Assembly (NCBI GenBank): GCA_964547515.1 | Contig: CAZJOA010000001.1 | Location: 1 to 58,965, forward strand | From: an uncultured Faecalibacterium sp. | Lineage (GTDB): Bacteria; Bacillota; Clostridia; Christensenellales; Aristaeellaceae | DNA length: 58,965 bases | Direction: 5' to 3' | Shown here: positions 26,005 through 35,779 of the stretch, one piece after another | How positions within the stretch are numbered: position 1 is the first letter of the stretch | Layout of the letters: each line of letters opens with the position of its first letter | The notes under the pieces: generated by a model | What the model was told of the DNA's origin: nothing | Databases searched by the model: none | The model's input: only the letters and a program-made list of their open reading frames with translations | Position numbers and translations under genes: made by a program

Positions 26005-27348
26005 ATGAGCGAGAACCAGAAGCTTTCTCCTGCCAAGTTTGGCCTGCTGGGCTTCCAGCACATGTTCGCCATGTTCGGCGCGACGGTGCTGGTGCCTGCG
26101 CTGACCGCGACCTACGCGCCCCAGGCCGTGCCCGGTCTGTCCGTGAGCGCGACGCTGTTCTTTGCGGGTCTGGGCACGCTGCTGTTCCACCTGCTGACCA
26201 AGTGGAAGGTGCCGGCGTTCCTGGGATCGTCGTTTGCGTTCCTGGGCGGCTATGAGGCGGTGAAGGCACTGTCCGACGGATCGACCAACTGGATTCCCTA
26301 CGCGGGTCTGGGCGTTGCCTGTGCCGGCCTGCTGTATCTGCTGCTGGCGGCGCTGTTCAAGGCGTTCGGCAGCCATAAGGTCATGCGCTTCTTCCCGCCG
26401 GTGGTGACGGGACCTGTCATCATCTGCATCGGCATCACCCTGGCGAACAGCGCCATCAACAACTGCGCGAACAACTGGTGGATCGCGATGCTGGCGGTGG
26501 CGATTGTGGTGATCTTCAACATCTGGGGCAAGGGGATGTTCAAGATCATCCCGATCCTGCTGGGCGTTGTCGGCTCGTATGCGGTGGCGGCCATCTTCGG
26601 TCAGGTGGACTTCCAGCCCGTGGCGGACGCGAAGTGGATCGGCTTCCCCTTCACCTGGGAGGACACCGCGTTCTCCCTCTTCAGCAAGGGCGTGGACGTG
26701 TCCATGCTGGTGTCGGCGCTGATTACCATGGTGCCGATCGCCCTGGCGACCATGATGGAGCACATCGGCGACATCTGCGCGATTTCCTCCACGGTCGGCA
26801 AGAATTTCGTGGAAGACCCCGGCCTGCATCGCACGCTGATGGGTGACGGTCTGGCGACTGCGATGGCGGCGCTGTTCGGCGCGCCCGCGAACACCACCTA
26901 CGGCGAGAACACCGGCGTTCTGGCGCTGACCCGCGTGTACAACCCCAGCGTCGTCCGCATGGCCGCCGTCCTGGCGATCATCTTCTCCTTCTGCCCCAAG
27001 TTCGCCGCGCTCATCTCCTGCATGCCCGCTGCGACCATCGGCGGCGTGTCCATGATCCTCTACGGCATGATCTCCGCCGTGGGCGTGCGCAACATCGTTG
27101 AGAATCAGGTGGACTTCACCAAGTCCCGCAATGTCATCATCGCGGCGCTCATCATGTCCCTGGCGCTGGGCATCAACTTCTCCAACGACGGCGCGATCAT
27201 CTTCCAGGTGGGCGAGGCGACCATCCGCTTCTCCGGCCTGGCCGTGGCGTCCCTGGTGGGCATCGTGCTCAACGCGGTGCTGCCCGGCAATGACTACACC
27301 TTCGGCAAGAACGAGCAGGGCGATCAGGCGGTCAACTTCAAGGTCTGA
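26005..27348 (+). CDS. pyrP: uracil permease (NCS2 family)
   Basis: 447 aa, polytopic. LLGFQHMFAMFGATVLVP is an NCS2 signature. Located downstream of pyrR. Confidence 0.9.
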   Translation: MSENQKLSPAKFGLLGFQHMFAMFGATVLVPALTATYAPQAVPGLSVSATLFFAGLGTLLFHLLTKWKVPAFLGSSFAFLGGYEAVKALSDGSTNWIPYAGLGVACAGLLYLLLAALFKAFGSHKVMRFFPPVVTGPVIICIGITLANSAINNCANNWWIAMLAVAIVVIFNIWGKGMFKIIPILLGVVGSYAVAAIFGQVDFQPVADAKWIGFPFTWEDTAFSLFSKGVDVSMLVSALITMVPIALATMMEHIGDICAISSTVGKNFVEDPGLHRTLMGDGLATAMAALFGAPANTTYGENTGVLALTRVYNPSVVRMAAVLAIIFSFCPKFAALISCMPAATIGGVSMILYGMISAVGVRNIVENQVDFTKSRNVIIAALIMSLALGINFSNDGAIIFQVGEATIRFSGLAVASLVGIVLNAVLPGNDYTFGKNEQGDQAVNFKV

Positions 27349-27370
27349 TCGGCTGACTGCGGCTGACGTT

Positions 27371-27733
27371 TCATCGGCGGACTCCCTCGGGGGTCTGCCG
27401 ATTTTTGATGCGGACGACCCGCACCTCCTTGCCCATCGTCCGCGCCATGGACACGGACTGCGCCGTCCCCCGGGATTCCCCGTCCCATATGGCGAGCACA
27501 TAGTCCGCTCGGCTGATGATGTCCCGGTTGCGGCGCAGCGGTGCACCCTTCGCGTATCGGGCGTAGTCCGGCCGCAATTCGGTGTACGCCAGGCCATGCG
27601 CCAAGGCGTATTCGCGGGCGAGCGCATCCACCCCGCGAGCGCCGCCGGAGATGATCTCCGTCGTCCCGGGCGGGATGACTTCCTCCAGCGGGTAGTTTGT
27701 GATGCTGCGAGAACCAATGACGGCGACCCTCAT
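27371..27733 (-). CDS. SLOG/DUF2493-type (DprA/LOG-like Rossmann) protein
   Basis: 120 aa. MRVAVIGSR...IISGGARGVDALA...AIWDGESRGT. Confidence 0.6.
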   Translation of the reverse strand: MRVAVIGSRSITNYPLEEVIPPGTTEIISGGARGVDALAREYALAHGLAYTELRPDYARYAKGAPLRRNRDIISRADYVLAIWDGESRGTAQSVSMARTMGKEVRVVRIKNRQTPEGVRR

Positions 27734-27803
27734 GGCTGCACCTCCAAATAAAGTGGATATACCATATATCCATCATCCGCATTATACCATGCTTTGGACA
27801 TAA

Positions 27804-27826
27804 AATAAACATACTATATGTTTATT
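27804..27826. promoter_or_regulatory. perfect 10-bp inverted repeat (operator) upstream of the RHH gene
   Basis: AATAAACATA-cta-TATGTTTATT, 14 nt before the ATG at 27840, in a divergent AT-rich intergenic region. Confidence 0.5.
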
Positions 27827-27839
27827 GGAGGGCAGGAGC

Positions 27840-28043
27840 ATGGCGGTCAAGAGCGTTTCGATCCGCATTGAGGCGGAAATGCTGCGGAAGCTGTCCTATG
27901 TGGCGGACTATGAGGGGCGTTCGGTGAACAGCCATGTACTGGCGCTGATCCGCGAGAACATCCGGGCCTTCGAGCGCGAACACGGCCCTGCGGAGGATGC
28001 CATCACCCCGGACACCAATGTCAAACCCGGCAAAAAGGATTGA
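27840..28043 (+). CDS. CopG/Arc-type ribbon-helix-helix regulator
   Basis: MAVKSVSIRIEAEMLRKLSYVADYEGRSVNSHVLALIRENI fits a strand-helix-helix pattern. GGAGGGCAGGAG RBS. Confidence 0.6.
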   Translation: MAVKSVSIRIEAEMLRKLSYVADYEGRSVNSHVLALIRENIRAFEREHGPAEDAITPDTNVKPGKKD

Positions 28044-28044
28044 G

Positions 28045-28067
28045 CGGCAGTTTCCCTGCCGTTTTTT
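28045..28067 (+). terminator. terminator after the RHH gene
   Basis: CGGCAG-TTTCC-CTGCCG followed by TTTTTT. Confidence 0.6.
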
Positions 28068-28077
28068 CAATTTCCTA

Positions 28078-28106
28078 TTGACAAGGAGTGCGCAAGGGCA
28101 TATAAT
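28078..28106 (+). promoter_or_regulatory. consensus promoter of the metal ATPase gene
   Basis: TTGACA (28078-28083), 17 nt, TATAAT (28101-28106). Followed by ACAAATGAACAAATGCTCATATGTTTGT. Confidence 0.6.
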
Positions 28107-28154
28107 AACAAATGAACAAATGCTCATATGTTTGTGCGAAAGGTTGTGGCAATC

Positions 28155-30320
28155 ATGAAACGATCCTGGCCCATGGAGATCGACTGTCCGAATTGCGCCG
28201 CGAAGCTGGAGCGTGCGCTGGCGGAGCTGCCCGAGGTCACCCGTGTCAGCGTCAACTATGTGCAGAAGCGGCTGACGCTGGAGGCGGCGGACGAGGGCTT
28301 CGAGGCGGCGAAGGCGGCTGTCCTCGCGAAGGCGGCGGAGGTCGAGCCGGATGCCGTCATCCACATGGAGGACGCGCCCGCCCATGCTGCGCATGCCCAT
28401 CATGCGCACCATCCCCATGGGGAGGGCTGCGGCTGCGACCATCACCATGACCACGATCATGACCACGATCACGCGCACCATCACGACCACGCGGATGGCG
28501 GTCATGCCGGTTTGACGCTGCTGATCCGCGCGGCGCTGGCGGCGGTGCTGCTGGTGCTGTCGGGCGTGGCGAATGCCCCCGGGGTGGGGGTGGTCTGCTG
28601 CATTGTGGCGTACCTCATCGCGGGGTATGACGTGCTGCTGACGGCGCTGCGGAACATGCGCCGGGGCGAGGTGTTCGATGAGAACTTCCTGATGGCAGTG
28701 GCATCCCTGGGCGCGATGGCGGTGGGGGAGTCCGCCGAGGGCGTGATGGTCATGCTGCTGTATCAGCTGGGGGAATTCCTCCAGGACAGGGCGGTGGACA
28801 AGTCCCGCGAGAACATCGCCAGCCTGATGGATGTCCGCCCGGATCATGCCGATCTGCTGCGCGGGGACGCGACTGTCCGCGTGTCACCGGAGCAGGTGCA
28901 GGTCGGGGACTTCATCCTTGTCCGCCCGGGTGAGAAGATCCCGCTGGACGGCGTGGTGGCGGAGGGCGTGTCCACCGTGGACACCTCCGCGCTGACGGGC
29001 GAGAGCCTCCCGCGCGACGTTTCCGCCGGGGACGCGGTGCTGTCCGGCTGCGTCAACCTGACCGGCCTGATGAAGGTGCGCGTCACCGCCGCCTATGGTG
29101 AGTCCACCGTGGCGAAAATCCTGGCGCTGGTGGAGGAATCCGGCGAAAACAAGGCGAAGACCGAGCGCTTCATCACCCGTTTCAGCCGCTGGTACACCCC
29201 GGCGGTGTGTGCGGCGGCGGTGCTGATCGCCGTCATCCCGGGCATTGTCACCGGTCAGTGGCAGAGCTGGCTCTATACCGCGCTGACCTTCCTGGTCATA
29301 TCGTGTCCGTGTGCGCTGGTCATATCCGTTCCGCTGACATTCTTTTCCGGCATCGGCGGCGCATCGCGCAAGGGCATCCTGGTCAAGGGCGCGAATCATC
29401 TGGAGACCCTCGCCGGGCTGGACACCGTGGCCTTCGACAAGACCGGCACGCTGACAAAGGGCACGTTCGCCGTGTCCGCCGTCGTCCCGGTGGACATGGA
29501 TGCCGCGTCCCTGCTGGACATCGCCGCCCATGCGGAATTGCACAGCGCCCATCCCATCAGCAAGAGCCTGCGAGCGGCCTGCGAGGGCAAGCCGGACGCA
29601 AATCGCGTGTCGGAGGTGATCGAGGTCGCCGGACAGGGGCTTTCGGCCGTGGTGGACGGGAAGCGCGTGCTGTGCGGCAATGCGCGGCTCATGCGCGAAA
29701 ACGGCGTGGCGTATCCCGAGGTCGATGCAGTGGGCACCATCGTCCATGTGGCGGCTGACGGAAAGTACGCAGGCCATATCGTCATCAGCGACCTGGTGAA
29801 GGAGGGCGCTGCGTCCGCCGTGCAGGCACTCAAGGACGCGGGCGTCGGCGAACTGGTCATGCTGACGGGCGATAACGAAGCCGTTGCGGCGGACGTGTGC
29901 AACCGACTGGGACTGACGGAATACCGTGCGTCGCTGCTGCCGGAGGACAAGGTCGGCGCACTGGAGACCCTGCTGGGCAAGGACAAGCAGGTGGCCTTCG
30001 TGGGGGACGGCGTGAACGACGCGCCGGTGCTGCGTCGGGCGGATGTGGGTGTGGCCATGGGCGGCCTGGGTGCGGATGCCGCCATCGAGGCGGCGGACGT
30101 GGTGCTCATGGATGACGACGTGGGCAAGCTGTCCCTGGCCGTGAGCATCGCCCGGAAGACCCTGCGCATCGCCCACCAGAACATCGCCTTTGCATTGGCG
30201 GTGAAGGCGCTGGTGATGCTCCTGGGGGTGATCGGCTTTGCGAATATGTGGCTGGCCGTCTTCGCCGATGTGGGCGTGGCGATGCTGTGCATCCTCAATG
30301 CGCTGCGGGCGATGAAATAA
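28155..30320 (+). CDS. heavy-metal (Zn/Cd/Co-type) P1B-type ATPase
   Basis: HMA CxxC (CPNCAAKLE), His/Asp-rich stretch (HAAHAHHAHHPHGEGCGCDHHHDHDHDHDH), CPC (SCPCALV), DKTGTLT, GDGVNDAP. Confidence 0.9.
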   Translation: MKRSWPMEIDCPNCAAKLERALAELPEVTRVSVNYVQKRLTLEAADEGFEAAKAAVLAKAAEVEPDAVIHMEDAPAHAAHAHHAHHPHGEGCGCDHHHDHDHDHDHAHHHDHADGGHAGLTLLIRAALAAVLLVLSGVANAPGVGVVCCIVAYLIAGYDVLLTALRNMRRGEVFDENFLMAVASLGAMAVGESAEGVMVMLLYQLGEFLQDRAVDKSRENIASLMDVRPDHADLLRGDATVRVSPEQVQVGDFILVRPGEKIPLDGVVAEGVSTVDTSALTGESLPRDVSAGDAVLSGCVNLTGLMKVRVTAAYGESTVAKILALVEESGENKAKTERFITRFSRWYTPAVCAAAVLIAVIPGIVTGQWQSWLYTALTFLVISCPCALVISVPLTFFSGIGGASRKGILVKGANHLETLAGLDTVAFDKTGTLTKGTFAVSAVVPVDMDAASLLDIAAHAELHSAHPISKSLRAACEGKPDANRVSEVIEVAGQGLSAVVDGKRVLCGNARLMRENGVAYPEVDAVGTIVHVAADGKYAGHIVISDLVKEGAASAVQALKDAGVGELVMLTGDNEAVAADVCNRLGLTEYRASLLPEDKVGALETLLGKDKQVAFVGDGVNDAPVLRRADVGVAMGGLGADAAIEAADVVLMDDDVGKLSLAVSIARKTLRIAHQNIAFALAVKALVMLLGVIGFANMWLAVFADVGVAMLCILNALRAMK

Positions 30321-30328
30321 GACATACG

Positions 30329-30357
30329 GGGACTGTGCCGATGGTGCAGTCCCTTTT
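30329..30357. terminator. terminator between the convergent ATPase and lyase-like genes
   Basis: GGGACTG...CAGTCCC followed by TTTT. Confidence 0.55.
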
Positions 30358-30408
30358 GTGTGGAAAAAAGAGTGCCCCATCGGTATCGACCGACGGGGCT
30401 GTGCGGGT

Positions 30409-32586
30409 TCATCTGTGTGCAGGGGCGATGAGGACGGTCGCGTCCTCCTGCGGCATGCCGAAGACCAACGTCACCTGTGTGTCGCTGCCAGAAAAGGCGA
30501 TCTGCCGTGCCAGATCCAGCGGGACGCCGTTCACCGTGACCGTTCCGCCTGTCAGGGTGTAGCCGTCCGCCGTGGTGACCCGGATGGTGACCAGATCACC
30601 AAACGCCGCCGTGGTCTGTTCGCAGTGATGGGTGCAGCCTTCGCCCCGGATGACGATGGCGTGCGCCTGCGCCTTCTGGTCGAAGGGCGCTGCGTCCGCC
30701 GGGGTGTAGAGCAGGTCGACCCAGCCGATCCAGTCCTGCGCGTTCCCCTCGGGATACGCATTGGCACGCGCCATGCTCAGATACATGGTGTCCGGGTCGG
30801 TGTCCAGGTCGTCGCGCCCCCGATAATGACGGTAGTAGATGTAGGCGATGCCGGCCACATCGCCGGTGTTGCCGATGCTGTCATATTGGGGGTTGATGGC
30901 GGCGTAGAGCTCCTGCTTGCCGTCCTGTGCGAAGCTGCCCTCGTTGGTGTACAGGGGATACCAGGGAATTTCATACCCCAGATTGTATTTGTAGAAGAGG
31001 TTGCAGGCCTTCATGATGCGTTCGTCGAGGAAGTCCCACAGGAGGACGGCATCCTCCCCGGCGGACACCTCGCCCGTCACCGGATCGACCCGTGTGCCCT
31101 GCACCCAGGTCATCATCGCCAGGGTGGAGGTGGCCGCAATGTCGCAGAGGCTGTGTCCCATGTCCCGCCCCATTTCGGCGAATTGCAGCGTCGGCGGAAC
31201 GGCTTCGCCGGTCAGGGCGTTGTGCGTGTTGTACCGGAACAGCACGCTGATCGCCCCCGTTCGGTTGCGGTTGCAGCGGACATGGTCGCAGCCTTCACGC
31301 TGACAGACCTCGGGATTGGTCGTGCCGCGCAGGATGCCCCGCGTGTACAGCGCCGCATCATTCTGATAGATGCCCGCCGCCGTCTGCGCCAGAACACACA
31401 TCAGGTGCTGATTCATGAAATGCGTATAGCGATCCCATTTGGTGCGGCTGATGCGCAGGTAATGCTGCATATAGCCCTCGTAAGCCTCGCTCCAGAGGAG
31501 GGCATCGTCCTGTGTGGAGGAATAGCGGAGAATCTCCGCCGCCGCGCAGAGCTTGTAGGTCATCAGCGACCACTGGATCTGCTCATCGGCAACGCTCGCC
31601 AGAACGCTGATGCTCCCGAACTGCTCGATGATGTGCAGCGCGTTCATGCGATACTGCGCATTGCCGGTGATGAGGTAGAGCAGCGCCTGACTCAGGGCGG
31701 TGTCCGCGTCGCGGCGGATGGTGTTGTACAGCGTGTTGGTGCTCACCAGACCGCGCATCAGGGCATCGTTCTCCCTGCTGATGATGATCTCGGGATGCAG
31801 ACTGCCCTCGTTGGTCTCCAGCAGGGACTGATACACGCTGTACCATGGGTCTTCCTTGGCGCGAACCTTGGTCACCATGGTGTCCAGCATGGTCTGCTCG
31901 AAGAGCACGCCCGGATGCCGGAAGGCGATGCCGTCGGAAACGATGGTTTCGCTGCGGAGGACGGGGACATAGTCGGTCATGGGATCAACGGCGACCGGAG
32001 CATCGGGCGAGACCCAGGTGCTGGGGGCATCCGATCCGCCGAAGATACAGTAGGTGTAGGCCTCACTGCCCTCCCAGCCGCCGTTGTCGGCATAATCCTG
32101 AATCTGGTAATACCCGGCCAGCTCGATGACGAATTCATTCGTGCCGTGCTTGTCCATGTGGCGGCGCACCAGATCGGTGATGTCGATGCGGTCGTCCTGA
32201 TTCTTCACCCCATGCGCCGTTGCCGCCGTGTAGTATTCCGGCTTGACCGCGAAGCCACGCACCATGGCGGGCGTGCAGATGCGCAGGTAGATCAGGTCGT
32301 ATTCACGGTCAGCCCCGGGGGTGGATTCCCCCCAGGCGCGGCCATGATCGTTGCGCAGGTTGAGCGTCACGGAGGTGAAGCCGTCCTCCGGCGCGGTGAA
32401 GTAGAGGTAGGTCTGACGGCCGCGTCCGACGATGATCGAGCCGTCGATGTAGGTGCTGTCCTGATACATCCTGATCTGATCGGGTTTGAGAAGGGCTTCG
32501 GGGGGATCGGAGGCCGCAAGGGCGGCGGGAATGAGGCAGAGCATCAGGAGGATGGACACAAGGCGCGGGAGGAACAGATGCTTCAT
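30409..32586 (-). CDS. secreted polysaccharide-lyase-like protein (alginate-lyase/heparinase-type alpha-toroid fold suspected)
   Basis: Start at ATG 32586 after AAAGGAG. Signal peptide MKHLFLPRLVSILLMLCLIPAALAA. About 725 aa. The ...ALLYLITGNAQYRMNALHIIEQ... region resembles alginate-lyase-like domains. The fold call is tentative. Confidence 0.5.
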   Translation of the reverse strand: MKHLFLPRLVSILLMLCLIPAALAASDPPEALLKPDQIRMYQDSTYIDGSIIVGRGRQTYLYFTAPEDGFTSVTLNLRNDHGRAWGESTPGADREYDLIYLRICTPAMVRGFAVKPEYYTAATAHGVKNQDDRIDITDLVRRHMDKHGTNEFVIELAGYYQIQDYADNGGWEGSEAYTYCIFGGSDAPSTWVSPDAPVAVDPMTDYVPVLRSETIVSDGIAFRHPGVLFEQTMLDTMVTKVRAKEDPWYSVYQSLLETNEGSLHPEIIISRENDALMRGLVSTNTLYNTIRRDADTALSQALLYLITGNAQYRMNALHIIEQFGSISVLASVADEQIQWSLMTYKLCAAAEILRYSSTQDDALLWSEAYEGYMQHYLRISRTKWDRYTHFMNQHLMCVLAQTAAGIYQNDAALYTRGILRGTTNPEVCQREGCDHVRCNRNRTGAISVLFRYNTHNALTGEAVPPTLQFAEMGRDMGHSLCDIAATSTLAMMTWVQGTRVDPVTGEVSAGEDAVLLWDFLDERIMKACNLFYKYNLGYEIPWYPLYTNEGSFAQDGKQELYAAINPQYDSIGNTGDVAGIAYIYYRHYRGRDDLDTDPDTMYLSMARANAYPEGNAQDWIGWVDLLYTPADAAPFDQKAQAHAIVIRGEGCTHHCEQTTAAFGDLVTIRVTTADGYTLTGGTVTVNGVPLDLARQIAFSGSDTQVTLVFGMPQEDATVLIAPAHR

Positions 32587-32605
32587 CAGGGGCGGACTCC
32601 TTTCG

Positions 32606-34018
32606 TCAGCATTGGCGGATGTGGTGTGCGTGATCGAGGATGCGCACCTCGGCGGGCTGACCGCAGACGGTGACGTTCTCCAGCAGCACATCGCGGACGC
32701 ATGTTCCAGCGCTGTAGCCCGCGATGACCGATGCCACCGGCGGCATGCAGTCGCAGCGGACATTGCGCAGGGTGACGCGCTCGATGCCCCGGCCGGGCGC
32801 GGGATTGTAATCCGGGTTGCATTTCACCTGAATGTCCAGCAGCTTGCCGTGCTCGATGTGTTCGATGCGGATGTCCTCATAGAGGATGTCCCGCGCGAGG
32901 TTCCTGTCACCGACGTTGATGGCCAGGCAGCCCAGATACCCCGGCTGAGGCTCGTGGTGCTCCAGAATGTCCACATGGCGGAAGGTGATGCGCTCCAGCA
33001 CATTGCCGTCATGCTCGTAGTCGCCGTGCGTGCCGATGATGGTCGGGTGCGCCACGTCCGCCCAGAGGGTGCAGTTCTCCACGAGCACGTCCTGCGTGTC
33101 GCCATTGTATTCCCAGCGCCGCCCGTAAATGGCGATGCAGTCGTCCGATGTGCGCAGGAAGCACCCGTCCACATGCACCCTTCGGCAGCTCATCATGTCG
33201 ATGCCGTCGCTCCAGCCCTCGCAGGAGAAGCTGCGGATGCCACGGATGCAGATGTCCTCCGACCCGCCCAGATAAACCGTGTAATGCGCCGGGTTGATGA
33301 AGGTGATGCCCTCGATGCGGATTTGCTTTGCATGGCTGACGCGGATGCCGTTGATGCCGCTGTAGCGGTGGATGCCCTCCTGGAGGATGACGCCATGCCC
33401 GGTGATGCGCACGTCCGCAACGTTTTGCAACACGAATCCGCCCAGCACCACCGCGCCGGTCTCCAGATGAACATGGGTGTGGGATGGAACGGGGAAGAGG
33501 TATTCGTCGATGACGTGGAAGCCCGGTCCGAAGACGAGCGTGCGGCCGGCGGGCATGGCGGAGAGGCGTGTCAGGAGGCGTCGGGTCTCCGCCGTGCGGC
33601 AGCCGTGGGGACTGCCCTCCAGCCGCAGCGTGTTCTCTTGGGGGACGGGCATTGTCTCCCCGGCGAACAGGTGCAGGCAGTGGAAGCGTTCGCCGTTGAC
33701 CTCGATCATCAGGTCGGCGGGGCGCTTCAGGGTGAAGCGCAGCTCGTGCCCGTCGCAATCCGGGACGATCCCCCTGGACAGCGGGCGCACCACCGCGCCG
33801 TACACCCACGGCACATGCGGACGGATGCTGACCTCCACCGCGCCGGTGAAGTCGAAAATGGCGGCAGCGGCCTGGCGGACATCGTGCATGTCCACCCGGA
33901 CGGCATAGAGCGGCACGTCCGTCCAGTCCTGCGCACCGACGGAGCGCACGCGCAGGTCGAAGCTGCTGTCCCTGCGCACCGCGCCGGGAACGGGCATGAC
34001 GAGCAATTCGTTTTCCAT
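32606..34018 (-). CDS. parallel beta-helix glycoside hydrolase, GH28-like
   Basis: 470 aa. GWSDGIDM, RTSDDCIAIY and IIGTHG match the spacing of the GH28 catalytic motifs. No signal peptide. Confidence 0.65.
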   Translation of the reverse strand: MENELLVMPVPGAVRRDSSFDLRVRSVGAQDWTDVPLYAVRVDMHDVRQAAAAIFDFTGAVEVSIRPHVPWVYGAVVRPLSRGIVPDCDGHELRFTLKRPADLMIEVNGERFHCLHLFAGETMPVPQENTLRLEGSPHGCRTAETRRLLTRLSAMPAGRTLVFGPGFHVIDEYLFPVPSHTHVHLETGAVVLGGFVLQNVADVRITGHGVILQEGIHRYSGINGIRVSHAKQIRIEGITFINPAHYTVYLGGSEDICIRGIRSFSCEGWSDGIDMMSCRRVHVDGCFLRTSDDCIAIYGRRWEYNGDTQDVLVENCTLWADVAHPTIIGTHGDYEHDGNVLERITFRHVDILEHHEPQPGYLGCLAINVGDRNLARDILYEDIRIEHIEHGKLLDIQVKCNPDYNPAPGRGIERVTLRNVRCDCMPPVASVIAGYSAGTCVRDVLLENVTVCGQPAEVRILDHAHHIRQC

Positions 34019-34122
34019 AGGCAGATCCTCAAAAGCGTGATGTAGGTTTCCCCGGGCGGAACGTCCGGAATCGGGGAAGGGGGAATGCGTCCGTCACTGC
34101 GGCGCTGAGCATCGCGGCGCTA

Positions 34123-34152
34123 TTGACTTGTACGCATCAGGTTGGGTATAAT
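34123..34152 (+). promoter_or_regulatory. promoter of the ABC/glycan operon, with about 260-nt leader
   Basis: TTGACT (34123-34128), 18 nt, TATAAT (34147-34152). Confidence 0.45.
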
Positions 34153-34412
34153 ATAGCATATCGGCAAGAGCCGCGCAAGTGAAGAATCGCAAAATCGGGG
34201 GCGTGTGTGTGATTTTGACCATTGGGATGGGGGCAGATCGCGGGTTTGCGCGTGCGTATATATAAGCGGAAGCGATCTGGATTTCATGGGGTATCAGGGG
34301 GAGGATTGTGGAATATTGCACCTGAGGACGACGAAGAGTTTGTGATTTTGGGTTGCGGATCGGCCAGAATGTTGATAGACTGAAGTCACCAAATTGGAAG
34401 GAGGGTTCGTTC

Positions 34413-35648
34413 ATGACGAACACCAAACGTTTCCTTGCACTGCTCCTGACTGCGATCATGAGCATGACCATGTTCAGCTTTGCCGCCGCCGAGGGCGCGG
34501 ACATGCTGGGCAAAGAGACCCTGGAGAACCCCAATGTGACCATCGCTGCGTATTGGGAGATCACCGATCAGGTGATCCTGGACGCGATCTCCGCGTTCGA
34601 GACGAAGTACGGCGGCAAGGTCACGGTGAACGTCGTCGGCTGGAACAAGGGCGCGAATGCCATTCAGGAAGCCATGTCGACGGGCGATATGTTCGACCTG
34701 GTCTTCACGGAGGGCAATGCGCGCTTCCCGGGTGACGCGGTGGCCGAGCTGTATCAGCCCATCGACGAGTGGCTGGACTACTCCGCGTTCGACAAGGCCT
34801 CCCTGGATGCCTTCCTCTATAATGGCAGCCATTGGGTCTTCACCAACTACGCCATCACCTCTCCCTACCTGGTCATCTACAACGTGACCGCGTTTGAGGA
34901 GGAGGGCCTCGAGACCCCCACCGAGCTGTTCAACAAGGGCGAGTGGACGTATGCGAAGTTCCTGGAGTACATGGAGTATTTCACCCGCGACCTGGACGGC
35001 GACGGTGCGCTGGATCAGTGGGGCATCGGCCCGCGCTATAAGAATCAGAACTTCGGCTTTGCCAATGACGGCTATCCCGTCAAGGAGATCGAGGGCGGCA
35101 AGCTCGCCGTGACCATCGACAGCGAAGAGTGCATCCAGTGGTATGAGTTCCTGGCCGAGTTCCAGCGCATCAATGCGGTGGCGACCAGCGAAGTGAACCT
35201 GGCTGGCCGCGGTCACATCATGTACTCCGAGGCGGGCCCGTCCGCGGGTGTTCCCTCTGCGGATGAGACCACCGACGAGTTCGACTTCGTGCCCCTGCCC
35301 ACCTATGATGGCCGCCTGGCCACCACGCCCGTGTGGGACAACGGCTATGCCATGGTCAACGGTGCGCCCAACCCCGAAGGCGCGGGTGTGCTGATGGCCA
35401 TGATCGGCAAGGCCAAGATGGAAGCCTATGATGCCCAGCTCAAGGAGCAGTACACCGACGAGCAGGTCGAGCGCTACTACACCATCATGAGCAAGATCAT
35501 GCCCCAGCGCCGCAAGTACACCGGCGTTGACGTGGGTGCCGGCGAAGGCGATGCCCGCAATGGCGTGCCTGCGCAGACCATCGTGGAGACCTACAAGACC
35601 CAGTTGGAGGAGCAGGTCGCGACCTACAACGCCGCGCTGGAACAGTAA
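34413..35648 (+). CDS. ABC transporter solute-binding protein (sugar, family 1)
   Basis: ATG 34413 after GGAAGGAGGG. Signal peptide, about 411 aa. Composition is typical of CUT1 binding proteins. Confidence 0.8.
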   Translation: MTNTKRFLALLLTAIMSMTMFSFAAAEGADMLGKETLENPNVTIAAYWEITDQVILDAISAFETKYGGKVTVNVVGWNKGANAIQEAMSTGDMFDLVFTEGNARFPGDAVAELYQPIDEWLDYSAFDKASLDAFLYNGSHWVFTNYAITSPYLVIYNVTAFEEEGLETPTELFNKGEWTYAKFLEYMEYFTRDLDGDGALDQWGIGPRYKNQNFGFANDGYPVKEIEGGKLAVTIDSEECIQWYEFLAEFQRINAVATSEVNLAGRGHIMYSEAGPSAGVPSADETTDEFDFVPLPTYDGRLATTPVWDNGYAMVNGAPNPEGAGVLMAMIGKAKMEAYDAQLKEQYTDEQVERYYTIMSKIMPQRRKYTGVDVGAGEGDARNGVPAQTIVETYKTQLEEQVATYNAALEQ

Positions 35649-35779
35649 GAAACGATGAACTTGGCGGAGCCATGGTGGACAGCTGCGGCATCCACGGTGG
35701 CTCCGCCATTGCAAATGGGGGGGCGGACGCGTATCCGGTGCGTTCTCCCCGCAGACATTGAACAGGAAGAAGGAGCGTC

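Noticed and set aside
25999-27717. Very long ORFs antisense to or overlapping clear genes. Examples: 66-1445(-), 25999-27717(-), 30358-32673(+), 32486-34045(+), 35624-37465(-), 46174-48288(-), 49168-51147(-), 52742-54634(-), 57682-58953(-).
   Set aside because: Their products are Arg/Gly/Pro/His-rich and low in complexity, with no motifs. The opposite or other frame carries a recognisable protein with proper RBSs. These are the typical shadow ORFs of GC-rich coding DNA.
28370-28500. The CAC/GAC/CAT-rich stretch looks like a short tandem DNA repeat.
   Set aside because: It is in frame inside the P1B ATPase and encodes a His/Asp-rich metal-binding linker (HAHHAHHPH...HHHDHDHDHDH). This is a coding low-complexity region, not an independent repeat element.
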